Of a stretch of DNA of 56,006 nucleotides, positions 48,925 to 56,006 are shown piece after piece. A program made the translations under genes and the position numbers. The DNA is from an uncultured Erysipelotrichaceae bacterium (GTDB lineage Bacteria; Bacillota_I; Bacilli_A; RFN20; CAG-288): the NCBI GenBank assembly GCA_902772915.1, contig CACYCE010000008.1:1-56006 (forward strand). The letters are read 5' to 3'. The notes beneath the pieces were generated by a model. That model was given only the letters and a program-made list of their open reading frames with translations, ran no database searches and was not told the DNA's origin. Positions within the stretch are counted from its first letter, which is position 1. Each line of letters begins with the position of its first letter.

Positions 48925-49462
48925 ATCTTCTCCTACTAAAAAAGATTTCTTGATCGATAAGAAACAAGTGGTCTTTTTAGGAAAATCTAACGTCGGAAAA
49001 TCTTCTTTAATTAACGCTTTAACTAATCAAAAAACTCTAGCGGTCGTCTCTTCGACTCCTGGACGTACTCAGATGTTAAATTACTTTTCTTTGGAAGATA
49101 AGTATTATCTAGTCGACGCTCCTGGTTACGGTTATTATAAAGATTCCAAATTAGATTTTACTCCGATGATGGATGACTATTCATCTTTAGGTAACAAGAT
49201 TATTAAAAGAGCTTATATCCTTTTAGACCCTCGTCGTAAGATAACTGTCGAAGATAAGGTCTGTATAAATATCTTCTATAACGCTGGTATTTCTATTAGA
49301 CCTGTATTTACTAAAGTCGACAAATTAACTCAAAAAGAAAAAGCCGCTGCAGAAAAAGATTTCAATCAAGTCTTACCTAATACGAAAATCTTCTGGGTTT
49401 CCGCTTTAAAAAAGACGGGGTTAGATTTCTTAAAGGCTGACATTTCTCAAGCTTTAGAATAA
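48893..49462 (+). CDS. engB: Ribosome biogenesis GTPase YihA/YsxC
   Basis: GKSNVGKSSLIN, SSTPGRT, DAPGYG, TKVDK; follows lon. Confidence 0.94.
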   Translation: MINLQKTSFVKSSPTKKDFLIDKKQVVFLGKSNVGKSSLINALTNQKTLAVVSSTPGRTQMLNYFSLEDKYYLVDAPGYGYYKDSKLDFTPMMDDYSSLGNKIIKRAYILLDPRRKITVEDKVCINIFYNAGISIRPVFTKVDKLTQKEKAAAEKDFNQVLPNTKIFWVSALKKTGLDFLKADISQALE

Positions 49463-49464
49463 TT

Positions 49465-49494
49465 AATAGGGAGATTGTTTTCTCCCTATTTTTT
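49465..49494 (+). terminator. Intrinsic terminator
   Basis: AATAGGGAGA-loop-TCTCCCTATT followed by TTTT. Confidence 0.88.
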
Positions 49495-49504
49495 AGTTTT
49501 TTAT

Positions 49505-49518
49505 TGTAAGCGCTTTAG
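49505..49518 (+). promoter_or_regulatory. cre-like / LacI-family operator candidate upstream of pepC
   Basis: TGTAAGCGCTTTAG resembles TGWAARCGYTWNCA. Confidence 0.4.
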
Positions 49519-49597
49519 TAAGTAGGAAAGTAGATTAATAACTCAATTAAGAAATATACTTTAAATATAAATTAATACGGAAAGGCAAAATTATATC

Positions 49598-50938
49598 ATG
49601 ACAAAAAAAGCAATATCTTATGAAGATTTATCTTCATATTCTAAATTCTATTCTTCCGATAAGAGAAGCGCAGTTTTAAGACACGCTTTATCTAAGAGTG
49701 AATTGAACAATGTCATTTCTTCTTTGGATGCTCCTTCTAATTTGAATTTTAATTTTTCAATCGAAGTTAAGACTATGCCTGTTACTAGTCAAAAAAGAAG
49801 CGGGCGCTGCTGGATATTCTCTGCTTGTAATGTCTTAAGAGAATCTATTGCTAAGAAATTAGGTATCAAAGATATGTTCGAGATTTCTCAAAACTACATT
49901 TCATATTATGACAAATTTGAAAAAATTAATTTTGTCATGGAAGGGGTTATCTCTTTGTTAGATGAAGAAATCTCCTCTAGAAAGAACCAATTCTTATTAT
50001 CTTCTGGGGTAGGAGATGGCGGACAGTGGGGAATGTTTGTCGATTTAGTTAAGAAGTACGGAATCGTTCCTAAATCAGTTTTCCCTGAAACCGCGCAATC
50101 TGAAATGACTTTCCCTTCAAATAAGATTATCAATGCATCAATTAGAAAATTCGCTTACGAAGCTAGAAAGATTTATAACGAATCTCACAATATTGATTCT
50201 ATTTATGAATTGAAAGGGGAATATTTACAAAAATTCTATTCTTTATTAACCTCTTGCTTTGGAGTTCCTCCTGCGAAATTCGATTTTGAATATACTGACT
50301 CTCAAGGTAAATATCACATTGAAAAAGATATCACTCCTAAACAATTCTTCGATAAATATGTCGGAGATGAAATCGATGAATATGTCTCTTTAATTAACGC
50401 TCCGACTTCCGATAAAGATTATTATCAAACTTACCAAATTGAGCTATTAGGTAATGTGATAGGAGGTAAAGGAGTCACCCATTTAAATATCCCTATGGAG
50501 AGAATGAAAGAATTAATTATTTCTCAATTGCAAAACGGGGAAATTGTCTGGTTCGGCTCTGATGTTTCTAATTATGGAGATAGAGTTGGTGGAGTCTGGG
50601 ATGATAAAGCCTTAGATTATTCTTCCGCTTTTGATTTAGATGTTAAATTTGATAAATCTGCAATGTTAGATTTCTATCATTCTTCGATGAACCACGCCAT
50701 GGTTATTACTGGAGTAGATATAATCGAAGGTAAACCTACTAGATGGAAGATTGAAAATTCTTGGGGTAGTGAAGCGGGCAACAAAGGTTATTACATTATG
50801 TCCGATTCCTTCTTCGATTTATTCGTCTATCAAGCTGCGATTAAAGAAAAATATCTTTCTGATGATGAAAAGAAAGCCCTCAAAGGTGATTCAATATTGT
50901 TAGCCCCTTGGGATCCTTTCGGAACTTTAGCAGATTAA
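49598..50938 (+). CDS. pepC: Aminopeptidase C (bleomycin hydrolase, C1B family)
   Basis: QKRSGRCW, DGGQW, MNHAM, ENSWG, PWDPFGTLA. Confidence 0.96.
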   Translation: MTKKAISYEDLSSYSKFYSSDKRSAVLRHALSKSELNNVISSLDAPSNLNFNFSIEVKTMPVTSQKRSGRCWIFSACNVLRESIAKKLGIKDMFEISQNYISYYDKFEKINFVMEGVISLLDEEISSRKNQFLLSSGVGDGGQWGMFVDLVKKYGIVPKSVFPETAQSEMTFPSNKIINASIRKFAYEARKIYNESHNIDSIYELKGEYLQKFYSLLTSCFGVPPAKFDFEYTDSQGKYHIEKDITPKQFFDKYVGDEIDEYVSLINAPTSDKDYYQTYQIELLGNVIGGKGVTHLNIPMERMKELIISQLQNGEIVWFGSDVSNYGDRVGGVWDDKALDYSSAFDLDVKFDKSAMLDFYHSSMNHAMVITGVDIIEGKPTRWKIENSWGSEAGNKGYYIMSDSFFDLFVYQAAIKEKYLSDDEKKALKGDSILLAPWDPFGTLAD

Positions 50939-50940
50939 GA

Positions 50941-50969
50941 TTGAAAAATAATTTTATTAAGTGTAATAT
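50941..50969 (+). promoter_or_regulatory. Sigma-A promoter of the valS leader
   Basis: TTGAAA-17 bp-TAATAT. Confidence 0.6.
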
Positions 50970-50974
50970 TTATG

Positions 50975-51168
50975 TATCTTGAGGTGATTAATAGCCTTTT
51001 TTGATAGAGAGTTCCTTCCTAGCTGCAAGAGGAATAAAAAAGAATTGATCTGGTCGCAAGATGAAGTTATTAAACAAATTTATTAAGAGCATAGAGAAAG
51101 TCTATCTATGAAGCAAGGTGGTACCGCGTGGAAGCGTCCTTGTAAAGATAGGCTTTTTTATTGTTTTT
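50975..51168 (+). ncRNA. T-box riboswitch (Val, likely specifier GUC)
   Basis: Stem I base ATCTTG/CAAGAT, AGAGAG and GCTGCAA motifs, GTC at 51053-51055, T-box AAGGTGGTACCGCG, 3' strand CGTCCTTG. Confidence 0.9.
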
Positions 51169-51182
51169 AAGGAGGTAAGAAT

Positions 51183-53759
51183 ATGGAATTAAAGATGGAA
51201 AAAAACTACGATCACTTCAAAGTGGAAGAAGGCAAATTCGATTTTTGGAATGAGTCAGGCTATTTTAAAGCTAACCCTAGTTCTTCTAATAAAGGCTTTT
51301 CGATGATTATTCCTCCTCCTAACGTCACAGGTGTTTTACATATCGGTCACGCTTTAGATGCTACTTTACACGATATCATCGGACGTTATAAAAAATTATC
51401 TGGTTACGATGTTTGTTTTGTTCCTGGAACTGATCACGCCGGTATCGCAACTCAAGCTAGGGTGGAAAAGAATTTACGTGAAAAAGGTATCTCTCGTTAC
51501 GATTTAGGAAGAGAGAAGTTTTTAGAAGAAACTTATAAATGGACTTATCAATCTCAAAAGACTATTCACGAACAGTGGAAAGCTTTAGCCATAGGTATGG
51601 ACTATTCTCGCGAATTCTTCACGATGAATGAGCAAACTAACAAAGCTGTTTTGAAAGTGTTTAAACAACTTTATGATGAAGGTTTGATTTATAAAGGAAG
51701 AAGAATAATTAACTGGGATGTCACTTTACAAACTGCCTTATCTGATATTGAAGTTGAACATGAAGATATCCCTGGTATCTTTTATTATTTCAAATATAGA
51801 TTAGTTGATGATAAAGACAAATATTTTGTCGTTGCTACTACTAGACCTGAAACTATGTTTGGCGATGTCTGCCTAGTTTACAATCCTAAAGATGAAAGAT
51901 TCGCTTCTTTAGAGGGCAAGTACGCTATCAATCCTGCCAATGGAGAAAAGTTACCTTTTATCGCTGATTATTACGTCGATAAAGACTTTGGTACCGGCTT
52001 AATGAAATGTACTCCCGCTCACGATCCTAATGATTTCGCTATCGCTAAACGTCACAATTTAGAAATGCCTATTTGTATGAATTTAGATGGCACTATGAAT
52101 GAATTAGCAGGTGAGTACAAAGGTTTAGATAGATTTATCTGCCGTGATAAATTAGTTGAAAGAATTAAAGAAAACGGCGATTTAGTTAAAGAAGAGAAGA
52201 TTGTTCACTCTGTAGGTCACTCTTCTAGATCTCACACCATAGTAGAACCCACCTTATCTGATCAATGGTATGTAAAGATGGAACCTTTAGCTAAGAAGGT
52301 ACTCGAATTAGAAAAAGGTGAACAGAGAATTAAATATTTCCCTTCCAGATTCGAAAAAGTCTTTTTGAATTGGTTGAAAGACACTCAAGATTGGTGCATC
52401 TCTAGACAATTGTGGTGGGGTCATAGAATCCCTGTTTATACCAATAAGAAAACTGGAGAGGTGGTTTGTTCTATCGAGCAGCTTCCTGAAAGTGAATGGG
52501 AACAAGATAACGATGTCCTCGATACTTGGTTCTCTTCAGGTTTATCCCCTCTAGTTTTAACTAATTGGCCTAATCTCGAGGATCCCTACTTCAAGAAATA
52601 TTTCCCTCTAGATGTCATGATAACCGGTTACGACATCATCTTTTTCTGGGTGGCTAGAATGGCCTTTGATTCTGCGCATTTTACTGGCAAATTACCTTTT
52701 AAAAATGTCTTTATTCACGGTTTAGTTAGAGATGAATTAGGAAGGAAGATGTCTAAGTCTTTAGGTAATGGAGTCGATCCTTTGAAAGTTATTGACGAAT
52801 TTGGGGTAGATTCCTTGCGTTACGCTTTAGCTACTTCGACCACTCCGGGTTTAGATATGTCTTTTGGTACATCTAATATCAAAGAAGCTCACGTCTTTTT
52901 AAATAAGGTGTGGAACGCTTCTAGATTCGTCTTGATGTATTTCCCTGAAAATTACCAACCTAAGGATGTCTCTGAATTGAAGTTGTCTTTCATTGAGGAA
53001 TATCTCTATTCTCATTTAAATGAAACAATTAAAAATGTCACTAAGAATATGGAGAAATACGAAGTTGGACAAGCTGGTCAATATCTCTATTCTTTCATTT
53101 ATGACATTTACTGTTCTAATTACATCGAACAAGCCAAGATTGATTTAAATGGAAATGATGAAAATAGAAAAGAAGTTGTACTTTCAGTTTTGTATGACGT
53201 CTTAAAGAAAGTATTAATTATGCTTTTTCCTTTCTCTCCTTGTATCTCTGAAGAAATCTATTCTTTCTTACCTATGCATAAGAAATCTCTCTACGAAGAA
53301 TCTTATCCTTTACCTGTAAAGAAATCTTTAAAGAAATCTGAATTAGGAGAAGAATTAGTCAACATTGTTAAATACATCAGACAATTCAAAGCTGAAAATA
53401 AGATTAGTCCTTCTAGCAAAATCAACTTATTTGTCAAAGGGGAAGAGAAAGAAATAAATTTATTGAAACCTTATTTAATTAAATTAGGTAATATCGATAA
53501 ATTTAATATTACTTCTTCTGAGGATGAAAGCTTCAGATTCTTCTCTGAATTTGGCGTAAAGTGCGAAAAAGAAGAAGTGGCAGTTTCTCCGGAAGTTATC
53601 AAGAAGAGAATTGAAGAATTAGAAGGAGAATTAAATAGAAGTAAGAAGATGTTATCTAATCCTAACTTTTTAGCTAAAGCTCCTAAAGAGAAGATTGAAC
53701 AAGAAAAGCAAAAATTTGCTAAATATCAAGCTGAATACGATAAATACACTAAAAAATAG
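51183..53759 (+). CDS. valS: Valine--tRNA ligase
   Basis: PPPNVTG.LHIGHA, DHAGIATQ, TTRPET, WCISRQLWWGH, KMSKS and C-terminal coiled coil. Confidence 0.98.
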   Translation: MELKMEKNYDHFKVEEGKFDFWNESGYFKANPSSSNKGFSMIIPPPNVTGVLHIGHALDATLHDIIGRYKKLSGYDVCFVPGTDHAGIATQARVEKNLREKGISRYDLGREKFLEETYKWTYQSQKTIHEQWKALAIGMDYSREFFTMNEQTNKAVLKVFKQLYDEGLIYKGRRIINWDVTLQTALSDIEVEHEDIPGIFYYFKYRLVDDKDKYFVVATTRPETMFGDVCLVYNPKDERFASLEGKYAINPANGEKLPFIADYYVDKDFGTGLMKCTPAHDPNDFAIAKRHNLEMPICMNLDGTMNELAGEYKGLDRFICRDKLVERIKENGDLVKEEKIVHSVGHSSRSHTIVEPTLSDQWYVKMEPLAKKVLELEKGEQRIKYFPSRFEKVFLNWLKDTQDWCISRQLWWGHRIPVYTNKKTGEVVCSIEQLPESEWEQDNDVLDTWFSSGLSPLVLTNWPNLEDPYFKKYFPLDVMITGYDIIFFWVARMAFDSAHFTGKLPFKNVFIHGLVRDELGRKMSKSLGNGVDPLKVIDEFGVDSLRYALATSTTPGLDMSFGTSNIKEAHVFLNKVWNASRFVLMYFPENYQPKDVSELKLSFIEEYLYSHLNETIKNVTKNMEKYEVGQAGQYLYSFIYDIYCSNYIEQAKIDLNGNDENRKEVVLSVLYDVLKKVLIMLFPFSPCISEEIYSFLPMHKKSLYEESYPLPVKKSLKKSELGEELVNIVKYIRQFKAENKISPSSKINLFVKGEEKEINLLKPYLIKLGNIDKFNITSSEDESFRFFSEFGVKCEKEEVAVSPEVIKKRIEELEGELNRSKKMLSNPNFLAKAPKEKIEQEKQKFAKYQAEYDKYTKK

Positions 53760-53775
53760 CAAACAATGCAAAAAT

Positions 53776-53813
53776 AAGCTCCTTAATCCTTTATGGATAT
53801 AAAGGAGCTTTTT
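53776..53813 (+). terminator. valS terminator-like hairpin containing the RBS of the next gene
   Basis: AAGCTCCTT ... AAGGAGCTT followed by TTT; the AAGGAG lies 9 nt before ATG 53817. Confidence 0.7.
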
Positions 53814-53816
53814 ATT

Positions 53817-54005
53817 ATGAATAATTTAAGAAAGTTATCTGATCGAGAAATGGAGAAAGTTATAGGAGGAGAAGCTATTACTCTAGCGGGAGTAATGGCG
53901 ATATTAGTAATATCAATTGTCGTAGTAATGTGCTACAGATTTTTTATCTCTCCTAAAGGCAAAGTTTCTCTACCAGGAGGGTTTGAATTCGAATGGAAAA
54001 ATTAA
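53817..54005 (+). CDS. Double-glycine-leader peptide (class II bacteriocin / pheromone-like precursor)
   Basis: Leader MNNLRKLSDREMEKVIGG matches LSxxE(L/M)xx(I/V)xGG; 44-aa hydrophobic core; good RBS. Confidence 0.75.
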   Translation: MNNLRKLSDREMEKVIGGEAITLAGVMAILVISIVVVMCYRFFISPKGKVSLPGGFEFEWKN

Positions 54006-54692
54006 ATGAATTTTAAAAGTTTACCTTTAGAATTCCGCCCTAGGGAAAAAGCTAAAAGAGAAGGTATTGAATCTTTATCAAACGTCGAACTGTTAGCTAT
54101 ACTTCTACAAACTGGTATTAAAGGTAAAGATGTCATAACTCTAGCTAGTGAAATTCTAGATTCGGAAGGAGGCTTATATAGTCTATCCAATTCTACATAT
54201 AAACAATTAGATTACAAAGGCCTAGGAGAAGTAAAAAAGCTTAAGCTTCTAGCTTGTTTTGAACTATCAAGACGCGCTAAAGAAGAAGGAATGTATTCTA
54301 TCAAAGTCGAATCTAGTAAAAAATGCGTCGATCTTTTTGGCAAAGATATTTCCTTTTTAAAAGAGGAGAGGTTGATAGCAGTCTATTTAGATGGGAATGA
54401 ACGTTTAATTAAAAAAGAAGTAATTAATTACGGAAACGCATACTCATGCAACATAGATTTTAAAAAGATTCTTCAAAAGTGTTTAGCCAATTCTTCTTAT
54501 TATCTTTATTTAATACATAACCATCCTTCCGGCAGTTCAATTCCTTCAAAGAAGGATGAAGATTTTACTAAAGCTCTAGCTTATTCGCTTAGTTCGATAG
54601 GTGTGATACTTTTAGATCATTTAATAGTCAGTGGAAATGAATATTCTTCCATAAGAAAATTTCTCGATAAAAGACAAAATAATAATAAATAG
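54006..54692 (+). CDS. radC: RadC (JAB domain, UPF0758) protein
   Basis: RPREK, LSNVELLAILL.TG, HNHPSG, D and LLDHLI motifs. Confidence 0.93.
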   Translation: MNFKSLPLEFRPREKAKREGIESLSNVELLAILLQTGIKGKDVITLASEILDSEGGLYSLSNSTYKQLDYKGLGEVKKLKLLACFELSRRAKEEGMYSIKVESSKKCVDLFGKDISFLKEERLIAVYLDGNERLIKKEVINYGNAYSCNIDFKKILQKCLANSSYYLYLIHNHPSGSSIPSKKDEDFTKALAYSLSSIGVILLDHLIVSGNEYSSIRKFLDKRQNNNK

Positions 54693-54733
54693 ATATTAAA
54701 ATTATGATATTATATCACTAGGAAATATTTTGT

Positions 54734-55693
54734 ATGGGAAAGAATAGAGAATTAGAAGCTGAGAAATTATTCCAAGAGGGATATTCTTTATTGGAAAGAG
54801 AAGATGATGATGCTTTAACTTCTTCACGCATCTTCGTTAAACCTTTACAAAAAGCCGCGAAAATGAAGAATGCTAAAGCGCAATTCATGATCGGCTACCT
54901 TCTTTATGTTGGCTATAAGGATATTCCTGTCAATAGGAAAAAAGGGAATAGAATCTTAAAGAAGACTTACCCTCGTTTAGAGGAACTCTCCAACAAGAAC
55001 CACGATTTTCAAGCTACTAAATTCTTATCTGAATATTACCGTGTTCCTTTAGCAAACTACGTTAAAGATGTCGATAAAGTTAATTCATTATTATCTTTAT
55101 CTGACACTTATCTCGATATGAGATTACATAATGCGGATAATACTTCCGACTATAGTAAAGATGTTGAGAGTGTCAATCCTCTGTCTAAAAAAACTGATAC
55201 CACTTCTTACGATCAATTAGTTAAAGCTATATCGGAATTAGATGAATCAGTGGACAATACAGAGAGATTGAAAATTATATCTGATGCGGCGGATAACGGA
55301 AATATCCGCGCCTGCTTATTCTTAGGAGAAGCTTATATGGAAGGGAAATTAGTTCCTTTCGATAAAGACCGCGCCAAACTCTACTTTGTTGAAGCGGAGA
55401 AAGGTGGTTCTGTAAAAGCTAAATATTTATTAGGGAAAGAAGAACTTGAAGCAAACTTTTCTAAAAGAGAAGCTATCAACGGCTTGAATAGAATCTATCA
55501 AGCTGCTAAAGATGGCTTAAAAGATGCTCAATTCTATCTTGGAAAAGTCTATTACGAAGGTGTCTACGTCCAAAAAGATTACAAGAAAGCTTACGTCTAT
55601 TTTCAAGCTAGTTTAGCTAGAGGTGAAGGTAAAGCTGAAAAGTATATGCAAGAGATAGAATCTAAAACCGGAGATAGAGTCCTATTTAATTAG
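54734..55693 (+). CDS. Sel1-like repeat (TPR) protein
   Basis: AQFMIGYLLYVG, ACLFLGEAYMEG, AQFYLGKVYYEG..V.KDYKKA repeats. Confidence 0.88.
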   Translation: MGKNRELEAEKLFQEGYSLLEREDDDALTSSRIFVKPLQKAAKMKNAKAQFMIGYLLYVGYKDIPVNRKKGNRILKKTYPRLEELSNKNHDFQATKFLSEYYRVPLANYVKDVDKVNSLLSLSDTYLDMRLHNADNTSDYSKDVESVNPLSKKTDTTSYDQLVKAISELDESVDNTERLKIISDAADNGNIRACLFLGEAYMEGKLVPFDKDRAKLYFVEAEKGGSVKAKYLLGKEELEANFSKREAINGLNRIYQAAKDGLKDAQFYLGKVYYEGVYVQKDYKKAYVYFQASLARGEGKAEKYMQEIESKTGDRVLFN

Positions 55694-55725
55694 ACTTAGG
55701 CTAAGAGTATAAAAATGTAAGAATG

Positions 55726-55751
55726 AAGCAGGGGAAGTTAACCCCTGCTTT
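55726..55751 (+). terminator. Intrinsic terminator
   Basis: AAGCAGGGG-loop-CCCCTGCTT followed by T. Confidence 0.75.
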
Positions 55752-55819
55752 AATTTTTATAAAAAATCTATCAAGTTCGCATTTATTAATGAATATATAT
55801 AAGTTAAGTATTAAAAGAA

Positions 55820-56006
55820 TATATAAAAAAATAATAAAAAAATTATTAAAAAATTGTTGACACACCTTTTTATAAATGGTAGTCTATATAAGCGCTGGGA
55901 AAAAAGAGCGTCCACAATACAGCTGGTCTTTGAAAACTGAATAGACAAATAATCATCAAAGTAAGAGAAATCTTACTTTCAATGGTAAGTAAAACTAGTC
56001 AATTCT
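55820..56006 (+). promoter_or_regulatory. rRNA operon promoter and 5' leader (16S gene expected just past the window)
   Basis: A-tract UP element, TTGACA (55857)-17 bp-TAGTCT with extended TG, then the conserved rrn leader TCTTTGAAAACTGAA. Confidence 0.8.

Noticed and set aside
53817-54005. Type IV or Flp pilin reading of the small hydrophobic peptide
   Set aside because: No G/F-x-x-x-E prepilin motif (no Glu at +5); the leader fits the double-glycine consensus much better.
384-54190. Numerous 60-105 aa ORFs antisense or out of frame inside core genes
   Set aside because: Shadow ORFs of biased codon usage, with no recognisable motifs.
1-56006. Alternative genetic code (AGG to Met or CGG to Trp as reported in some uncultured Bacilli; TGA to Trp as in mycoplasmas)
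   Set aside because: AGG sits at conserved Arg positions (ExoA GFTxEER, ValS GRKMSKS, IleS GVNRKE). The one CGG I checked (RuvX ARKF) fits Arg. Conserved Trp residues use TGG, and TGA ends mutS2 at its normal C-terminus.
55920-56006. 16S rRNA gene
   Set aside because: Only promoter and leader are present; the AGAGTTTGATC 5' signature is not reached within the window.

Overview
A low-GC, gene-dense chromosomal segment from a reduced-genome anaerobic member of Bacillota/Bacilli. The gene content resembles gut or rumen RFN20/RF39/Erysipelotrichales-type organisms; that placement is an inference. The standard genetic code 11 is used. Most genes are housekeeping: alaS (3' end)-ruvX-DUF1292-exoA, ileS-lspA-rluD, rnhC, mutS2-uvrC, trxA, nrnA, ackA, glgB-glgP, tig-lon-engB, pepC, valS and radC. 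There are three tRNAs (Gly, Asp, Arg), and an rRNA-operon promoter and leader sits at the right edge. A hydrogen-metabolism block holds a monomeric group-B-type [FeFe] hydrogenase, a trimeric HydCBA bifurcating hydrogenase, Mrp, a HEPN-like/CBS protein and a superoxide reductase. Most notable observations: (1) both T-box riboswitches (ileS, valS) lack the canonical terminator and share a different architecture in which Stem III, not the antiterminator, supplies the strand that pairs just ahead of the U-tract; (2) a ~1.2 kb integrase-less islet sits behind tRNA-Gly, bounded by 48/49-bp direct repeats and carrying arm-like repeats; (3) an orphan double-glycine-leader peptide gene abuts radC, with its RBS buried in the valS terminator; (4) a CBS protein carries an RxxxxH (HEPN-like) motif; (5) a ~1680-aa membrane-anchored repeat protein has a CvpA-like N-terminus.
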